Shown piece after piece: positions 29,786-40,849 of a stretch of 64,000 nt of DNA; within the stretch, counting starts at the first letter, position 1, and every line of letters begins with the position of its first letter. The stretch spans positions 64,001 through 128,000 of the forward strand of contig CAVRCJ010000014.1 of assembly GCA_963719515.1 (NCBI GenBank). The letters run 5' to 3'. Both the position numbers and the translations under genes were made by a program. A model generated the notes under the pieces. The model was not told the DNA's origin. It saw only the letters and a list, made by a program, of their open reading frames with translations, and did not search any database. This DNA is from an uncultured cyanobacterium. Its GTDB lineage: Bacteria > Cyanobacteriota > Cyanobacteriia > CAKZMO01.

Positions 29786-30067
29786 ATGACTCACTTTACG
29801 AGATCGCTTCTGATAACCGGGGTATTGGGCTGCTCGCTGCCCACTCTTCTTATCGGTAGCGGATTGCTTAGCGCCTTGGCTCTGAGTCAAATTCCGGTTA
29901 CCGCTAGCATTTGCGAATTTTTCATCGGCTGCATTTTGGATGTCCTGCAGACTTTTGGCGGCGGCAGTCCGATTCAAGGCGTACTGATTATTAGCCTTAC
30001 CGTTGGAAGCGTCGGCGTTTTGTTCAACACATACAATCTGCTCTACCTTTCCCGTCCAATTCGCTGA
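29786..30067 (+). CDS. small membrane protein
   Basis: Hydrophobic 93 aa, FGGGSPIQGVLII. Confidence 0.7.
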   Translation: MTHFTRSLLITGVLGCSLPTLLIGSGLLSALALSQIPVTASICEFFIGCILDVLQTFGGGSPIQGVLIISLTVGSVGVLFNTYNLLYLSRPIR

Positions 30068-30288
30068 TTCCTCCTGCCCTACTCCTCGGCCCCTATCCCT
30101 CAGCCAAGAGACTCAGGACTTGAGAATAGCGGTACCGCATCAGACTACCAATGTCGATTCTGTTCAATACCTTCTATCCTATAGACTGGATAGTCTGAAA
30201 ATGGTAGTTTGCCGTGCGTCACTGGCTTCTTGGGATAATTTTTTCTAAAACAAGTGTGTCTCATTTCTCCGAATACCGGCTGGGCCGA

Positions 30289-31881
30289 ATGCTGGCCTCT
30301 CTGGCCGCTTGGCTTGACTCACAGCGTCAAGCGATCGCCCCATCAGGGTGGCTTCGCCTCCGCCGGCAAGCGATAAGCATCCTGGTTTTCCTGTCGATTG
30401 CCCTAGCTTGGTCGCCAGCCGCCCAGGCTCAGCTCGCTGAGGATAGCCTTCTGCAGCCCTACATCGATCGCACCCTCGACCGGATTACAGAATTCTCCCT
30501 CGATAACGGCATCAAGTTTATCGTGTTTGAGCGCCACGACGCGCCTGTAGTGTCTTTTATGACCTACGTCAATGTCGGGGCTGCCGAGGAGACCGACGGT
30601 AAAACGGGGGCGGCTCACTATCTAGAGCACCTAGCGTTTAAGGGCACCAGCCGTATTGGGACCACCGACTACGAGGCCGAAAAGCGACTGCTCGACGATT
30701 TGGACCGAACGTTCGAGCAGCTCAAGGCGGCGCAGGCCGCCGGTGACCCCGAGCGCATCGCCCAGCTCACTGAAGACTTTGAGATCCTCAGCGCCGAGGC
30801 AAGTGAGTACGTCCGTCAAAATGAGCTGCCTCGAATCGTAGAGCAGGCCGGCGGGGTCGGTCTCAATGCCACTACCTCAGCCGACGAGACGCGCTACTTC
30901 TACAGTCTGCCCTCTAATAAGCTGGAGCTTTGGATGTCGCTGGAGTCTGAGCGCTTCCTAGACCCAGTATTTCGCGAGTTCTATGAGGAGAAGGACGTCA
31001 TTCTCGAAGAGCGCCGTCTGCGGGTGGATAACTCTCCTATTGGCAAGATGATCGAGGAGTTTTTGGCCACAGCGTTCGACGTTCATCCTTACCAGCGTCC
31101 GTCCATCGGCTACGAGGCAGATTTGCAGGCTATGGAGCGGGAGGATGTGCAGGCGTTCTTTGAGCGCTACTACATCCCCGATCGGATGACGCTGGTGGTT
31201 GCGGGCGATGTTGATCCCGATGGGGTAAAGCAGCTCGCAGAAACCTACTTCGGTCGCTATCCGGCCCGACCCACTGCGCCTCAGGTGACCGCCGACGAGC
31301 CGGACCAACAGGAGTCCCGCTCCTTTACGCTACGACTGCCCACCCAGCCCTGGTATCTTGAGGGTTACCACCGACCAGGCCTCAGTCATCCAGACCACAC
31401 GGTGTATCAGCTGATCAGCGCTATTTTGTCGAATGGCCGCACCTCTCGGCTGTATCAAAATCTTGTGGAGGGCCAGCAGATTGCGCTGACGGCTCAGGCT
31501 CTCAACGGATTTCCAGGCGATCGCTTCAACAACCTGCTGTTGTTCTATGCGCTGACGGCCCCGGGTCATACGGTTGAGGAGCTAGCGGTTGCGCTCAGCA
31601 GCGAGCTAGAGCGCCTGAAAACTGAGCCCGTAACCCAGCAGGAACTAGACCGAGTTCGAACCCAGGCTCGCGCCGGGCTACTGCGACTGCTGGCTTCGAA
31701 CTCGGGGATGGCAAGCTTACTGGCTGAATACGAAGCAAAGACCGGCAGCTGGCGCAACCTGTTCGACGAGCTGGTCCAAATTGAGGCGGTAACGGCAGAC
31801 GATATCCAACGCGTGGCCCAACAGACCTTTCGGTCTGAGAACCGTACGGTAGGAAAACTCCTGCCGCTCGAAGCGAGCTAA
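30289..31881 (+). CDS. M16 (pitrilysin) peptidase, catalytic subunit
   Basis: HYLEH inverted zinc motif, LNATTS; start uncertain. Confidence 0.92.
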   Translation: MLASLAAWLDSQRQAIAPSGWLRLRRQAISILVFLSIALAWSPAAQAQLAEDSLLQPYIDRTLDRITEFSLDNGIKFIVFERHDAPVVSFMTYVNVGAAEETDGKTGAAHYLEHLAFKGTSRIGTTDYEAEKRLLDDLDRTFEQLKAAQAAGDPERIAQLTEDFEILSAEASEYVRQNELPRIVEQAGGVGLNATTSADETRYFYSLPSNKLELWMSLESERFLDPVFREFYEEKDVILEERRLRVDNSPIGKMIEEFLATAFDVHPYQRPSIGYEADLQAMEREDVQAFFERYYIPDRMTLVVAGDVDPDGVKQLAETYFGRYPARPTAPQVTADEPDQQESRSFTLRLPTQPWYLEGYHRPGLSHPDHTVYQLISAILSNGRTSRLYQNLVEGQQIALTAQALNGFPGDRFNNLLLFYALTAPGHTVEELAVALSSELERLKTEPVTQQELDRVRTQARAGLLRLLASNSGMASLLAEYEAKTGSWRNLFDELVQIEAVTADDIQRVAQQTFRSENRTVGKLLPLEAS

Positions 31882-31897
31882 TTTTACCTTAACTACG

Positions 31898-33433
31898 ATG
31901 ATGCTAGGCATGCAGAAGACGCAGGCAAACCTCTCACGTTGGCACAAACAGCATGGGTACCCCTGGCCCAGCTATTGGCGCAGGTCGGGACTGCTGCGCT
32001 ACGGCGCTGTAGCGGTGACGATCGCCCTATTGATATTAGGCCTGGGGCGGCAGCCCGCTCTGGCAACTCAAGCCCAGCACTACAGCGACCTAGAGTTCCC
32101 CGCCTTACCAGAGCTAGATATTCCCGAGTACACCACGTTCCGCTTGGATAATGGCCTTCAGGTCTACCTGATGGAAGACCACGAGCTGCCGCTGGTGGGT
32201 GGGACTGCTCTCGTCCACACGGGCGATCGCTACGAGCCCGCTGATAAAGTCGGGCTCGCCAGCATTGTGGGAGACGTCATGCGCAGCGGCGGCACGGAGA
32301 CCTACTCCACCGATGACCTCAACCAATTTCTAGAGCAGCGAGCCGCTAGTATCGAGACTGGAATCGGCGTCGACTCCGGCAGCGCTACCTTTGACGCTCT
32401 CAGCGAAGACCTTCCTGAGGTATTTGCTCGCTTTACTGACGTGCTGCGTCATCCAGCGTTTCCCCAAGAGAGGATCGACCTCACCATTAGCCAAATTCGG
32501 GGAAATATCGAGCGCCGCAACGATAATCCAGAAGATATTCTGTCCCGCGAATTTGGGAAGCTGATTTACGGTAGCGATAGCCCCTACGCCCGTACGGTGG
32601 AGTACAGCACGCTAGACAATATCGATCGCAGCGACCTAATCGCGTTCTACGACACCTACTTTTACCCTAGCAACATGCTGCTGGGTATCGTTGGGGACTT
32701 TGATCCGGTTGACATGCGCCAGCGGGTAGAAGAGGCTCTTGGCGACTGGTCCTCCAATAACGCTGAGTCCCTTCCCGAAAAGCCTGACGCTGCCCAGGCC
32801 AATGCGTCCGGCATCTTTGTGGTCGATCAGCCCCAGCTAAGCCAAAGCTATATCCAGCTTGGTCACCTAGGCGGCCTGCGCAGTAGCCCAGACTACGCTG
32901 CGCTGTCGGTCGTCAACGAAGTGCTCAATGGATTGGGGGGGCGTCTTGTGAACGAGGTGCGATCGCGTCAGGGGCTGGCCTACGTCACCTATGCGTTCTG
33001 GGCGGCGCGCTACGATTACCCCGGCATCTTCATTGCCGGAGGGCAAACGCGCTCGGACGCCACCGTGCCGTTCATTCAGCTCACCCTAGCGGAGATCGAG
33101 CGGATTCGCCAAGAGCCCATTACTCCAGAGGAGCTAGCTCAAGCCAAGGACTCAGTCTTGAACTCGTTTGTGTTCAACTTTCAAACGCCAGGTCAAACTC
33201 TCTCTCGGGTCATGCGCTACGACTACTACGATTATCCCGCTGACTTTATCTTTCAATATCGAAGAGACCTACAGGCCACGACGGCCGAGTCAGTGCAGCA
33301 GGCCGCCCACAAACACCTCAGTCCTGATCAGATTGTAACCTTGGTGGTAGGTAATCAAGCTGAGATTGATCCGCCGCTGCAAACCTTGGATACAGACAGT
33401 GTGACGTCAATCGACATTGCCTCGGTGCCTTAG
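31898..33433 (+). CDS. M16 peptidase, non-catalytic partner
   Basis: M16 fold motifs (RLVNEVRSRQGLAY) but no HXXEH. Confidence 0.9.
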   Translation: MMLGMQKTQANLSRWHKQHGYPWPSYWRRSGLLRYGAVAVTIALLILGLGRQPALATQAQHYSDLEFPALPELDIPEYTTFRLDNGLQVYLMEDHELPLVGGTALVHTGDRYEPADKVGLASIVGDVMRSGGTETYSTDDLNQFLEQRAASIETGIGVDSGSATFDALSEDLPEVFARFTDVLRHPAFPQERIDLTISQIRGNIERRNDNPEDILSREFGKLIYGSDSPYARTVEYSTLDNIDRSDLIAFYDTYFYPSNMLLGIVGDFDPVDMRQRVEEALGDWSSNNAESLPEKPDAAQANASGIFVVDQPQLSQSYIQLGHLGGLRSSPDYAALSVVNEVLNGLGGRLVNEVRSRQGLAYVTYAFWAARYDYPGIFIAGGQTRSDATVPFIQLTLAEIERIRQEPITPEELAQAKDSVLNSFVFNFQTPGQTLSRVMRYDYYDYPADFIFQYRRDLQATTAESVQQAAHKHLSPDQIVTLVVGNQAEIDPPLQTLDTDSVTSIDIASVP

Positions 33434-33700
33434 CCCCTAATCTGTCTCCCTAGGCGCTCTCGCTACGCCCTGTTCTAGAGATATTGCATTGGTTCAGTTG
33501 CTTAAAACGAAATCTGCTGAAAGCCTGACGTTGTGTAGGCAACTGAACGCGCAAATATCCTAATGCATCAGAGCATTTGCTATATCAGCCAGGATGAAAC
33601 GGTCTTCTCAACGCGGCTAGCCTTACCCCTTGCCGCGTTACCCTGGTTACCGGTGTCGCTCAATAGGTCAGCAGCGTCTCACGGTAGCCGGTTATTGGCG

Positions 33701-34492
33701 CTAGGAATCTAAGTTTACCGGTGCAGGGGGACGACCCATCTGGCCCCACTTTTGCTGAAGAATCATCCACAGAAAAGGCAGGTCGTCTACCAAATATCGT
33801 CTCCAGAGGCGCTTGGGCTCATTGAACATCCGAAAGGCCCACTCAATCCCCAGAGTGCTGACCCACTGCGGCGATCGCGCTATTCGACGCGCTTCAAAAT
33901 CGATTGTGGCCCCAATCGCCATAATCACCTTGGCGTGCTCAAACCTATCTTTATACTGGTGAATCCATTTTTCCTGCTTTGGCGCCCCCACACCGACCGC
34001 CAATACCGTCGCCTTGGAATCGTTGATTAGCTGGATGATGGCTTCGCACTCTTGCTCATTCTTCTCGAAGCCGTAAGAGGGCGAGTGAGCCTGTACAACC
34101 ATATTTCGTCCGACGCTTTGATTGATGCGGCGGCGGGCTTCTTCTGCCACTCCCTCTGCCGCTCCTAAAAGAAAGATGGTGACGTCTTCATCGTTGGCGT
34201 AGTGACTGTAGAAAGCGGGAAATAGGTCAGAGCCGGAAATTTTCTCGCGAATCGGCGTGTTGAGAAACTTTGACGCGTACATCAGAACCTGACTGTCGCA
34301 GGTGCGATATGTTGCACTCTTGTAAGCGCTGAGAAATTCGGGATCCCTCTGCAGCTTGACGATGTGGTCGACGTTGGGTGTAAACACCACGCCGCCATCC
34401 TTTAGTCTCTCGAGGAGCTCAAGCTTAGATAGATTGTCAATGGGGATGTCTAAAATATCTATCTGCTCGGGCATCGGACGATTTACTTTCAT
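33701..34492 (-). CDS. WecB/TagA/CpsF glycosyltransferase
   Basis: TPNVDH, SGSDL, GAPKQEKW, EPKRLWRRY. Confidence 0.93.
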   Translation of the reverse strand: MKVNRPMPEQIDILDIPIDNLSKLELLERLKDGGVVFTPNVDHIVKLQRDPEFLSAYKSATYRTCDSQVLMYASKFLNTPIREKISGSDLFPAFYSHYANDEDVTIFLLGAAEGVAEEARRRINQSVGRNMVVQAHSPSYGFEKNEQECEAIIQLINDSKATVLAVGVGAPKQEKWIHQYKDRFEHAKVIMAIGATIDFEARRIARSPQWVSTLGIEWAFRMFNEPKRLWRRYLVDDLPFLWMILQQKWGQMGRPPAPVNLDS

Positions 34493-35110
34493 GGCAACTT
34501 GATTCCGTTTGATTCCGTGAGGTAATAAGGCGGAGCTACTGCGACTACCTATACTAGATATACCCGACCAGGGCTCAAAAACCACGAGGTGCGCGTGAAC
34601 AACGCGTGAATTCTACGTGAATATATCTGCACCAAGGTTATCTTTTTGTCATTCTACCGAGTCAGTACTGATGCGAAATACAAAACCCTGAGTACGATTT
34701 ATTTGGAAAGAAGAAAGGGAAGCTAAAAAACTATCGCGGTACTCTTTGAAGAACTGCTTTCTTGCTCCAAATCTATGCGGTCACTTCCGGTATCGCCGTC
34801 AGGGTGACGCCTAGGGATTCAGTGCAGCTAGAGAGACAGCGCTACTATATTATTACTTATTGGTAGAATCTGTCTATCGCTGTATAGATGTGCCCATAGA
34901 TTTTCTTGAACTTCTTTGTTAGCTCCTACTTCAGCTTTTTTCAGCCTAATTTATGCCGTATTTTGCCCCTGATCATTAGTTAAGACGGACACGGTGGTCA
35001 AGATGTTCCAAACAGATCGTATAAATGCCTAGAGCATTGCTTCTGAAAAGCGCTGTTCTTTCAAATAGACTGTCTGCGTATATACTGGGTTACAGGCTTA
35101 GGTTGCCCCT

Positions 35111-35905
35111 ATGAAAACTTTTCTCACGTCGACAGCCGCGATCGCTGTTCTGAGTGCATCGACGGTCGCGTTAGCCTCAGCGGCCCGAGCTGATGACCTT
35201 GAACATCTCCAACAGCTGGTTTCGACGCGCAGCTGTCGCGCTTGCGACTTGAGTCGGGCGAGCTTAGTTCATACGGATCTATCAGAGATTGATGCCCAAG
35301 GCAGCAACTTTAAGTTTGCCAACCTCAATCGCTCCCGGCTGGCGGGCGCCGATTTACGCGGCGCTGATCTATCCAATGCGGTTCTCTTTAACGCCGATCT
35401 GTCGGGGGCTGATTTAACGGGCGCTAACCTGCAGGGTGCCGATCTAAGAAATGCCTTTTTCTATGGGGCCACCCTAGATGGAGCAATATTACAGGGGGCA
35501 AATCTCCAGGGGGCGGCTGGGCTCCCCGAGCAGCTGCTGACGGCCCGGGCGCTATACCAATGGGGACAGCAGGAAGCGCAGCGGGGCAACTTTCAGGGTG
35601 CCTATGACTATTACACCCAGGCGATCGCTCAGGAACCTAACGCCCCCCATCTCTACCTCAGCCGCAGCGTCGCGCTGTATCGCTGGGGCTACGCTGAGGA
35701 GGCGATCGCCGACGCCAAGCAGTCCGAACGGCTGTTTGCAGCCCAGGGGAACGCTGAGGCCCAGCAAACGGCAGCGGTTTTTGCCCAGGGATTGACCGAG
35801 CGAGAGGAAGCTCGCGCAGAAGCCTCCAGTCAGGGAAGTTCAGGATTTTTGAATGTGTTTAGCGCAGTAGCCGGGCTTCTGCTTCGCTTCGGACTACCCT
35901 TCTAG
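35111..35905 (+). CDS. secreted pentapeptide-repeat + TPR protein
   Basis: Signal peptide, CRACDL, ADL repeats, TPR helices. Confidence 0.88.
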   Translation: MKTFLTSTAAIAVLSASTVALASAARADDLEHLQQLVSTRSCRACDLSRASLVHTDLSEIDAQGSNFKFANLNRSRLAGADLRGADLSNAVLFNADLSGADLTGANLQGADLRNAFFYGATLDGAILQGANLQGAAGLPEQLLTARALYQWGQQEAQRGNFQGAYDYYTQAIAQEPNAPHLYLSRSVALYRWGYAEEAIADAKQSERLFAAQGNAEAQQTAAVFAQGLTEREEARAEASSQGSSGFLNVFSAVAGLLLRFGLPF

Positions 35906-35923
35906 TTGTCTTTGTGTCACCGC

Positions 35924-37339
35924 CTATTCTGAGGAGCGAGCGTCTGGGGGAACCTCTCCCGTATTGCGCACGTTCACCACTTTTCCAATCAGGTTGTACC
36001 AAAACGAAGCTCCCATTGAAATTGCGATGCCCGTAATCAGCCAGCCCGCAACGCGACGCAGAATCGGCAGCCGCCACTGATTTGCCTGCTGCGTTTGAGC
36101 AGACGTGATAATCGAGTTCCACCCAATAGGCAGAGGGAAATCCTCTAGCGCGTCGCTCATGGTTTCTTTGAGGGTTTCTAGTTTCTCCGCCGTGAGGCCA
36201 TCAGCCTGGGCTTCGGGGGAGGCCGCAGATTGAATAACCAGCTCTTCAGCAGCTTGGGTAATCGACTCTCTCAGGCCAGAGTCCTTTGAAAGCCGATTGA
36301 CGACGTAGAAGGTGTCAGCGTTCGTCGATACTGCGATCAAGCAGCCAATCAAGATAGCGACGCCGCGGGAGTTACGCTTATAGACGCCCGATGCTCGCTC
36401 CATAGAGCGACTGAACCAAGTTTCTACCTGATTTTCAAAGGCTTTAACCCTGCTGGTGACCGCATCAGAAGCATTGTCTGCATCTCTAGCGAGGGCGATC
36501 AGAGTGTTGCTCAGATGGTCGGGGATGGGCTTCGAGGCAAGGATGTTTTTGACGCTCTCACTGACGGTAGGCTCTTGCTCCTTTATGGCGATCGCCTGAC
36601 GCACGTGGGGCAGCTGCCGCCGTAGAATAGCGCGCACCTCGTCGCTATCGTCCGCCATCATTTCCTCTAGGCCAACTAGAAAGCTCAGGCATTGAGAAAT
36701 GACGGCTTCGATGGTGGTTTCAAAGTTGACGCGCCGGTTGGAGCAGTCTGAGTGAACGAGTTCTAGTCGCTGCTCGAGCGCTTCTAGGTTCACGAGCAGA
36801 TCGTGCTGAGGGCTGCTGCTGAGGGAGGCGATGAGTGGACGAAGCAGCTGTAGCCGGTTATCGATTGCCTGACGCACTAGGGCACAGTTGCGTCCGTGGG
36901 TAAGGTCGTCTATCTGCAGCTCATTGAGGAGCGCGACGGCAAAGCTGGCCGCCGGAATATATGACGGGCCACTGCGGAGAGACTGGTTGGTTTGTGGGTC
37001 TTTGCCAAAGACCGCCCGCCCGCCGGTCAGCCGCCGATAGGTCCATTCAAAGAGATAGGAAATTCGTCGGAAGAATTTTGCTAGAGGGCCTTTAGCTTCC
37101 TGGTTAAGAGAGCGAATGATGGGATGTCTGTAGAGACGATCCGCAAAGGCAATCCCCAAGCTCTCCCTGGCTTCTGCGCTATCTCCGCTGAGCAAAATCT
37201 CGATAGATTTTTTGAGGTGCTCAGCGCGCCACTGTAGCACTGTTGCAATCAGCTCTTGGATTTCTGAGGCCAGCAGGCTCAAAATTAGGTAGAGGAAGAT
37301 TAGGCCTAGGGCGAGGTCGAACACAAGCGGTAAGTTCAT
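35924..37339 (-). CDS. conserved hypothetical membrane protein
   Basis: GPSYIP, MERASGVYKRN, LPIGW, GASFWY. Confidence 0.8.
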   Translation of the reverse strand: MNLPLVFDLALGLIFLYLILSLLASEIQELIATVLQWRAEHLKKSIEILLSGDSAEARESLGIAFADRLYRHPIIRSLNQEAKGPLAKFFRRISYLFEWTYRRLTGGRAVFGKDPQTNQSLRSGPSYIPAASFAVALLNELQIDDLTHGRNCALVRQAIDNRLQLLRPLIASLSSSPQHDLLVNLEALEQRLELVHSDCSNRRVNFETTIEAVISQCLSFLVGLEEMMADDSDEVRAILRRQLPHVRQAIAIKEQEPTVSESVKNILASKPIPDHLSNTLIALARDADNASDAVTSRVKAFENQVETWFSRSMERASGVYKRNSRGVAILIGCLIAVSTNADTFYVVNRLSKDSGLRESITQAAEELVIQSAASPEAQADGLTAEKLETLKETMSDALEDFPLPIGWNSIITSAQTQQANQWRLPILRRVAGWLITGIAISMGASFWYNLIGKVVNVRNTGEVPPDARSSE

Positions 37340-37508
37340 GGGTCTATCGTTGCCTCGAAGTAACGCCTACGATCGTACACATCAGCTGACCGCGCGCAGA
37401 GTGACGTGGCCGACCGTTTACTTCCCTGAATCATATAGCAAATGTTCTGACCTCAGCCGCACTCACAGCAGTAACGCCGCGACCCACGCAGTGCCGACCT
37501 AGAATAGG

Positions 37509-39932
37509 CTAAGCCTGCATATGGGCTTGTAAAAGCTGCTTTGCTCTAGGCTTATAGAGGAGATAGAAAATCATCTCAATGTAGCGCAACATGTCTTCAC
37601 GGTTTTCTTTGGAGCTATAGTTCCAAAAGCCGTAAATTTTGGCGAGGGACATAAGCTTACTACAGTGAATTTCCCAGGTGTAGGTGCTGTAGACCCGGTC
37701 AATAGCACGCTCGGAGATCTCTTTCCAGTAGCCTGGATTTTGGTCACACTGATCTAGAAACTCTAGAATCACGTTCGCCATTTCCTGTAGATGGGTGGGG
37801 TTGATGTAGAAGCCGTTGTGCTTGTCTTGAATGATTTCTAGCGGGCCGCCAAATCGGGTACCGAACGTGGGCAATCCGCAAATCATTGCCTCTAGGATGG
37901 TCAAGCCAAAGGCTTCGAATAGGGCAGGCTGCACAAATATCCCTCTGCGATCGGCAATTACCCGGTATACCTCTCCGGAGTCGGACTTGGGCAACCGCAC
38001 CCCGAGCCAGCGAACATTTTCGTAGAGGTTGTACTGATCAATGATGCTGTAGAGCTTCTCCATCTCGGCTAGCTCCTCGCGATCGCTCGAGTCTTCAGAC
38101 CGCAGCTTGCCGGCAATTAAGATCAGGTTGCAGCGCTCCCTTAGCGCCTCGCTTTGGCCAAAGCATTCCGCGAGTCCCGTCAGGTTTTTGATTCGGTCTA
38201 AGCGGGCCATGGAGAAGAGGGGCCGCTTGCTGGGATCCTTGAGTCTGCCGTAGGCTACCAACGGATCTTCTAGGGTAAAGATGAGCTCATCGAGCCGTTT
38301 GCGATCGCTCTCTAAGCGATCTTCGCTGCGGCTGTAGGGGAAGTAGGACTCCACGTTGACGCCGGGAGGGACGACGTTGAACTTGGGGCTAAACAGATCG
38401 ACGCCGTTGACCACATGGTACAGCTCCGGCATGGTGAAGCGGCGGTAGGATTCATATTGACCGACGCTGGTGGGGGTGCCGGCAATCTCTTGGTAGGTGC
38501 TGCTGATCACAAAGTTGGCGGCGTTCATAGCCACTAGATCAGCGGTGAACTGCAGCGAGAAGTGGTACTCCTGCTCCAAATCTTGCCAGTAGAGATTGCT
38601 GAACAGATATTTGGACTTTTCTAGGGCGTGGGCAACGTTGCACTGGGTAACCTTGAGGCGGCGAGCTAGGAGAAAGGCCACCAGGTTGCCGTCGGTGTAG
38701 TTGCCGATAATTAGGTCGGGTTTGCCCTGCATCTCGGCTAGCAGCTCTCGCTCGGCGTCGACGGCGTAGGTCTCTAGATAAGGCCAAATCTCGAAGCGGG
38801 AAATCCAGTTTTGAGTCAGCTTCGGGTTAAATTCCCGAAAGGGAACCCGCAAAATCCAGGCGTTGTGGGTGCCGTAGACCTTCTCTAGGCGTTGATTGCA
38901 GGTGGTATCGTCACTGTTGGGGATCAGGCGGCTAAGAATAACAACCTTGGGGTGGGCCGACTGTACGTCAAGACCAGCCAGCTCGATTTCTTTCTGGAGC
39001 TGCGCTTCAATGCTGCGGGCCTGATCGAGCACATAGACGACCTGACCGCCAGTATCGGGGCGACCTAGCACCCCTTCTTGGCCAAACCAGCCGTGCACCG
39101 ACACCAGCACCACCTTAAAGATCATCGGGATGCGGGAGAGGAAAGCCTCCAGCACCTGGTGATCCGGAGAGTCGAGCAGCTGATCTAGCAGATCCAAGGT
39201 TTCGCGGACGCGGCCAGCGGTGTTGCCCCAGCCGGGCTCAAAACCGAGATCCTGGAAGGCGAAGCGGAAGCGGTTAAAGGGTTCATCGGGGGACAGGCGA
39301 CTGACGAAGGTGATGGCCTGCTTAACTTGATCCGAAAGCTTTTGCTGAGAGTTGATTCGCTCGTTAATAAGCAGCTGGGTGTTGTTGTGCTGGTGGAGAC
39401 TCAAAAACTCATAGAGCACTTCCAGCCAGCGGACCGGGTCTTGGAATAGCTTACTAGAGAGATAGCGGTTGAGAAACTCGACGCCCTTGCCAATATTCTT
39501 GGGGTCGCGGATGCGGGGAGAATAGTCGTAGAAGGGCAGCAGGTCTAGCTCTAGCACGTCTCCTTCTTCGGGGTGAAAGTGATTCACAAAGCGATCGCGC
39601 AGGTCTAGTATTTCCTGAACGCTCATCTCCTCGACCGCCAGGTTCTCCAGCACTCGGTAGACCTCTTCATGCCCAATCTTGGGCCGAATAATCATACAGA
39701 TGCTTTCTCGCTCTAGAATCACCTCTTGGGTGTAGTCAATCAGACGGCACACCCCTGAGGTCGTCGAAAACGAGTCGCTTTTACCGTATGCACTGCAGTA
39801 GTCAGCAAAAGCAGACAGAATGTCGTTGTGGAGTAGGTAGCGCTGCTCACTTTTGCGAAGCTCCCCTATGAAGCGGCGCAGATCGGTGCGCTCTGTCGGA
39901 TGATCTAGGACGGCCTGAATCAATTCGGACAT
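37509..39932 (-). CDS. susA: sucrose synthase
   Basis: PDTGGQVVY, HALEKSKY, MARLDRIKNL, EAFGLT; ~807 aa. Confidence 0.95.
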   Translation of the reverse strand: MSELIQAVLDHPTERTDLRRFIGELRKSEQRYLLHNDILSAFADYCSAYGKSDSFSTTSGVCRLIDYTQEVILERESICMIIRPKIGHEEVYRVLENLAVEEMSVQEILDLRDRFVNHFHPEEGDVLELDLLPFYDYSPRIRDPKNIGKGVEFLNRYLSSKLFQDPVRWLEVLYEFLSLHQHNNTQLLINERINSQQKLSDQVKQAITFVSRLSPDEPFNRFRFAFQDLGFEPGWGNTAGRVRETLDLLDQLLDSPDHQVLEAFLSRIPMIFKVVLVSVHGWFGQEGVLGRPDTGGQVVYVLDQARSIEAQLQKEIELAGLDVQSAHPKVVILSRLIPNSDDTTCNQRLEKVYGTHNAWILRVPFREFNPKLTQNWISRFEIWPYLETYAVDAERELLAEMQGKPDLIIGNYTDGNLVAFLLARRLKVTQCNVAHALEKSKYLFSNLYWQDLEQEYHFSLQFTADLVAMNAANFVISSTYQEIAGTPTSVGQYESYRRFTMPELYHVVNGVDLFSPKFNVVPPGVNVESYFPYSRSEDRLESDRKRLDELIFTLEDPLVAYGRLKDPSKRPLFSMARLDRIKNLTGLAECFGQSEALRERCNLILIAGKLRSEDSSDREELAEMEKLYSIIDQYNLYENVRWLGVRLPKSDSGEVYRVIADRRGIFVQPALFEAFGLTILEAMICGLPTFGTRFGGPLEIIQDKHNGFYINPTHLQEMANVILEFLDQCDQNPGYWKEISERAIDRVYSTYTWEIHCSKLMSLAKIYGFWNYSSKENREDMLRYIEMIFYLLYKPRAKQLLQAHMQA

Positions 39933-40059
39933 AGATAATTCCCTTGCACTTCGCAAAAAAAAGGCTGCTCAGAACCATGCGTCCTCACAGCCTAATCATC
40001 GTAATTCAGCGACCTTGATCTATGAGATCGAGGTGTCAGGAAACCCTGATGCGGCGCGG

Positions 40060-40767
40060 CTATGCCGTCACTAGCTCGGGTTGAGGGCGCTTGCTGTTGC
40101 GAATGTCCTCGATTGCCGTGGCATAATCATCCGCTTTAAACACGGCTGACCCGGCCACGACGGCGTTGGCGCCTGCCTCTAGCACCTGCCAGGTGTTGTG
40201 GGACTTGAGACCGCCGTCGACTTCAATCCAGGGATCGAGGCCCCGCTCGTCGCACATCTGGCGCAGCTTCTGAATTTTGGGGAGCACGCCAGGAATGAAG
40301 CTCTGCCCACCAAAGCCAGGGTTGACGCTCATGATCAAAATCAGATCGCAAACTTCTAAGACATAGTCAATTAGATCTAGGGGCGTTCCAGGATTGAGGA
40401 CGACTCCCGCTTTTTTGCCCAGCTCTCGAATTTGGCACAGGGTCCGGTGCAGGTGCGGAGATGCATTGTGCTCACAGTGGACGGAAATCATGTCGGCTCC
40501 GGCCTTGGCGAAGCCCTCGACGTACTTCTCAGGCTCAACGATCATGAGGTGAACGTCGATGGGCTTTTGGGTCATGGGCCGAATCGCCTCGACAATCAGA
40601 GGACCAATGGTGATGTTGGGGACAAAGCGACCATCCATCACGTCCACGTGAATCCAATCTGCGCCGGCTTTATCGACTGCTTTGATCTCTTCACCAAGGC
40701 GGCTGAAGTCGGCTGACAAAATCGATGGGGCAATAACAATGGGCTTAGTAGATTGAGTTTGGGTCAT
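40060..40767 (-). CDS. rpe: ribulose-phosphate 3-epimerase
   Basis: [31 protein letters not shown]. Confidence 0.97.
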   Translation of the reverse strand: MTQTQSTKPIVIAPSILSADFSRLGEEIKAVDKAGADWIHVDVMDGRFVPNITIGPLIVEAIRPMTQKPIDVHLMIVEPEKYVEGFAKAGADMISVHCEHNASPHLHRTLCQIRELGKKAGVVLNPGTPLDLIDYVLEVCDLILIMSVNPGFGGQSFIPGVLPKIQKLRQMCDERGLDPWIEVDGGLKSHNTWQVLEAGANAVVAGSAVFKADDYATAIEDIRNSKRPQPELVTA

Positions 40768-40849
40768 AGCGCAACGGGTCCTCTGACATCCTATCTGTAA
40801 GCTTATTTTAACAAATTACGGTTTTGATGCGTTTGGTAGCGGAGATAAC

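Noticed and set aside
30289..33433. Second M16 peptidase lacking HXXEH as a pseudogene or novelty
   Set aside because: Active/inactive M16B heterodimer pairs are well known.
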